Of a DNA stretch of 28,938 bases, positions 27,325 to 28,938 are shown piece by piece. The position numbers and the translations under genes are program-made. Where the stretch lies: NCBI GenBank assembly GCA_049424145.1, contig JBMSSC010000019.1, positions 1-28,938 of the forward strand, in the 5' to 3' direction. The notes beneath the pieces are model-generated. The model was not told the origin of the DNA, made no database searches, and saw only the letters and a program-made list of their open reading frames with translations. This DNA comes from Bdellovibrionia bacterium (GTDB taxonomy: Bacteria; Bdellovibrionota; UBA1018). Numbering within the stretch: the first letter of the stretch is position 1; every line of letters starts with the position of its first letter.

Positions 27325-27471
27325 AGAGTTTAGGTACCCCATGAAAGCTGCTTGAAGTCTTTTTTTCACGTCTTTGAATTCAAAAAAAACTATTTTTTTT
27401 TCCTAAATTCCTTTCTAATGGGTGGGGTTTTTGGATTTCAGTGAGCAATCGAGAATCGGCAGGGGGAAATA

Positions 27472-28323
27472 ATGAAAACAAGAAGCAGTGAGTTGCGGCT
27501 TAGGCTGAAGGCAGGGGTGATCGGGCTGTGCATGGCAAGTTTTTTGGGGGCTGGGTCACTCAGCTTTGCAGGTCACTCCTCTGAAAGAACTTTATCGGTT
27601 GGTGGGACAGAAGTCGTTCAGCCTGGGGAAGGTGCGCATGAAGTAGAAGTGTCTGTGAAGGCTCTTCTTGCTCCTTCTCAGGGCTATGAAGAGAAGAACA
27701 ACATTCAAGCCGTTCTCTACGGAGTCTTACCGAATTCTTGCTATTCTTTAGGGCGAGCGCATGTGGAACAAAACGACAGCAATCCTACATTGATCATCCG
27801 ACAGTATGCTATTAAGCAAACCACAGGGATGTGTGCGGATGAGGCCCAGTTATCCGGACACTTTAGGCTTTCGGTTCCGTTCACCAACGAAGTTTTCATA
27901 GGAAACCTTCCTGCGGGTGATTATCAACTCGTGTATAATCCTGGACAAGTAGCGGAGGGAGCGCGCCTTTTGAACGTTGCAACCAATCAGGTTCCGCTGG
28001 GAGACACCTTGCCCTATGCCTTGGTGTCTCAAATCTCAGCTCCCGATATTCTTAATGGAAAAGATGAATTGGAGGTCACTCTCAGTGGGATCCTCAATTC
28101 CTCATGCACCCGCCTCGATCCGGAAGTAAAAATACTCAACCAAGGTGATGTATTAGTGCTCATGCCGACGATCTCAGTAGTTCCTGGGGTGATGTGTATT
28201 CAAGTGCTCAAGCCGTTTGAAAAGACGATTCAGCTTGGAAAACTCAAAAGTGGGATTCATCTCATTCACACGCGAAGCATGAACGGTAAGGCAATCAATA
28301 AGGTCGTTCAGGTGTCTCGTTGA
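27472..28323 (+). CDS. Hypothetical secreted protein with two internal Cys-pair repeats
   Basis: Signal peptide ending in SFA; repeat 1 GVLPNSC...GMC...VPF...GNLPAGDY; repeat 2 GILNSSC...VMC...KPF...GKLKSGIH. Confidence 0.75.
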   Translation: MKTRSSELRLRLKAGVIGLCMASFLGAGSLSFAGHSSERTLSVGGTEVVQPGEGAHEVEVSVKALLAPSQGYEEKNNIQAVLYGVLPNSCYSLGRAHVEQNDSNPTLIIRQYAIKQTTGMCADEAQLSGHFRLSVPFTNEVFIGNLPAGDYQLVYNPGQVAEGARLLNVATNQVPLGDTLPYALVSQISAPDILNGKDELEVTLSGILNSSCTRLDPEVKILNQGDVLVLMPTISVVPGVMCIQVLKPFEKTIQLGKLKSGIHLIHTRSMNGKAINKVVQVSR

Positions 28324-28561
28324 GTTGAAGCTAAGGTGTCCTGGGTTGATGAGTTGGGCTCTGAGGGCAGCAAGGATAGACCGCACTGTCTACAGGATTG
28401 GAGTCTGCCTTTGGAAAGAGTAGAGTAATAGGCCACCTGAAAAGAACGGAGAGCCAATCGGGGGATCGGTCCAAAATACTCGCGCTAACTATAGTCTACT
28501 GTCACCTCTGCCCGGACAAAACAGTGCAGAGTAGTGCGTTCAATCTAAATGCCTATTTTAA

Positions 28562-28938
28562 ACGATATGCCCTGAGTATCCCCATGTAATTTTCGTAAAC
28601 ATCACTCTTCCGTTGGTGAATGTGAACCCTCAGATCAAGGAACTAAGCTTTGGTGTTTTCTATAAACGCCGCTGGGCAGTGGAACTGCTATTCAGATGGT
28701 TAAAAAGTCATCTGGAAATCAGATATCTCGCAGTAAAGGACGCAAACGCAGTTAAAATTCAGCTGGCAGTTGCTGTGTTGATTCAGCTCCTCCTTCAGTT
28801 AAAAAAGATCCTTACTGACTATCAAGGTACTCTCTGGGAATTGTTACGATCATTGCGCACCGCTCAAACTCGACAATTCCTCGCTAGCCAGCGATTTTTA
28901 AAGGTTGAACGCCTAAACCCAGCCAGGAGAGCCAAGAA
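28562..28938 (+). mobile_element. IS4-family transposase remnant (C-terminal part, runs off the window)
   Basis: The frame is open from 28562 to the window end. From 28661 it reads YKRRWAVELLFRWLKSHLEI...NAVKIQL, the IS4 Y(2)R(3)E(6)K signature. An in-frame TAA lies at 28559-28561 and the upstream DDE aspartate regions are absent. Not in the supplied ORF track. Confidence 0.8.

Noticed and set aside
137..28589. Remaining short ORFs in the track (e.g. 137-379, 753-1250, 10834-11319, 16773-17222, 16991-17455, 25251-25601, 28398-28589)
   Set aside because: They are shadow or alternate-frame ORFs overlapping well-supported genes or promoter regions, with no family motifs.
1..28938. CRISPR array, tRNA/rRNA genes, prophage or known defence system
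   Set aside because: No regularly spaced direct repeats, cloverleaf, rRNA-like or phage/cas sequence was seen by eye. The HD protein sits in a housekeeping context.

Overview
Bacterial chromosomal window with mostly housekeeping and envelope genes. Gene content (secreted Cys-pair proteins, lipoproteins, orphan hisC-cmk, ppsR) suggests a Bdellovibrionota/Oligoflexia-like organism; this is inference, not a database result. In window order, the core genes are comEC, a GltP/DctA-family symporter, msbA, a SAMHD1-like HD hydrolase, a + strand run (two related lipoproteins, rimI, lytic transglycosylase, hisC, cmk, GT9 heptosyltransferase, heptose kinase), a cyclophilin, ilvE, ppsR, miaA, mutL, a rhodanese, two secreted hypothetical proteins flanking a polyprenyl synthase, and an IS4 transposase remnant at the right edge. 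The most notable items are: (1) a tandem pair of secreted FCP1/SCP (NIF)-type HAD phosphatases, each carrying a conserved c-Myc-like nuclear localisation motif (candidate host-nucleus effectors); (2) a ~330-nt strongly structured, strand-specific non-coding region between miaA and ppsR, where hfq often sits; (3) a second structured RNA candidate at the left edge; and (4) a prenyl synthase with eukaryotic type III GGPPS signatures.
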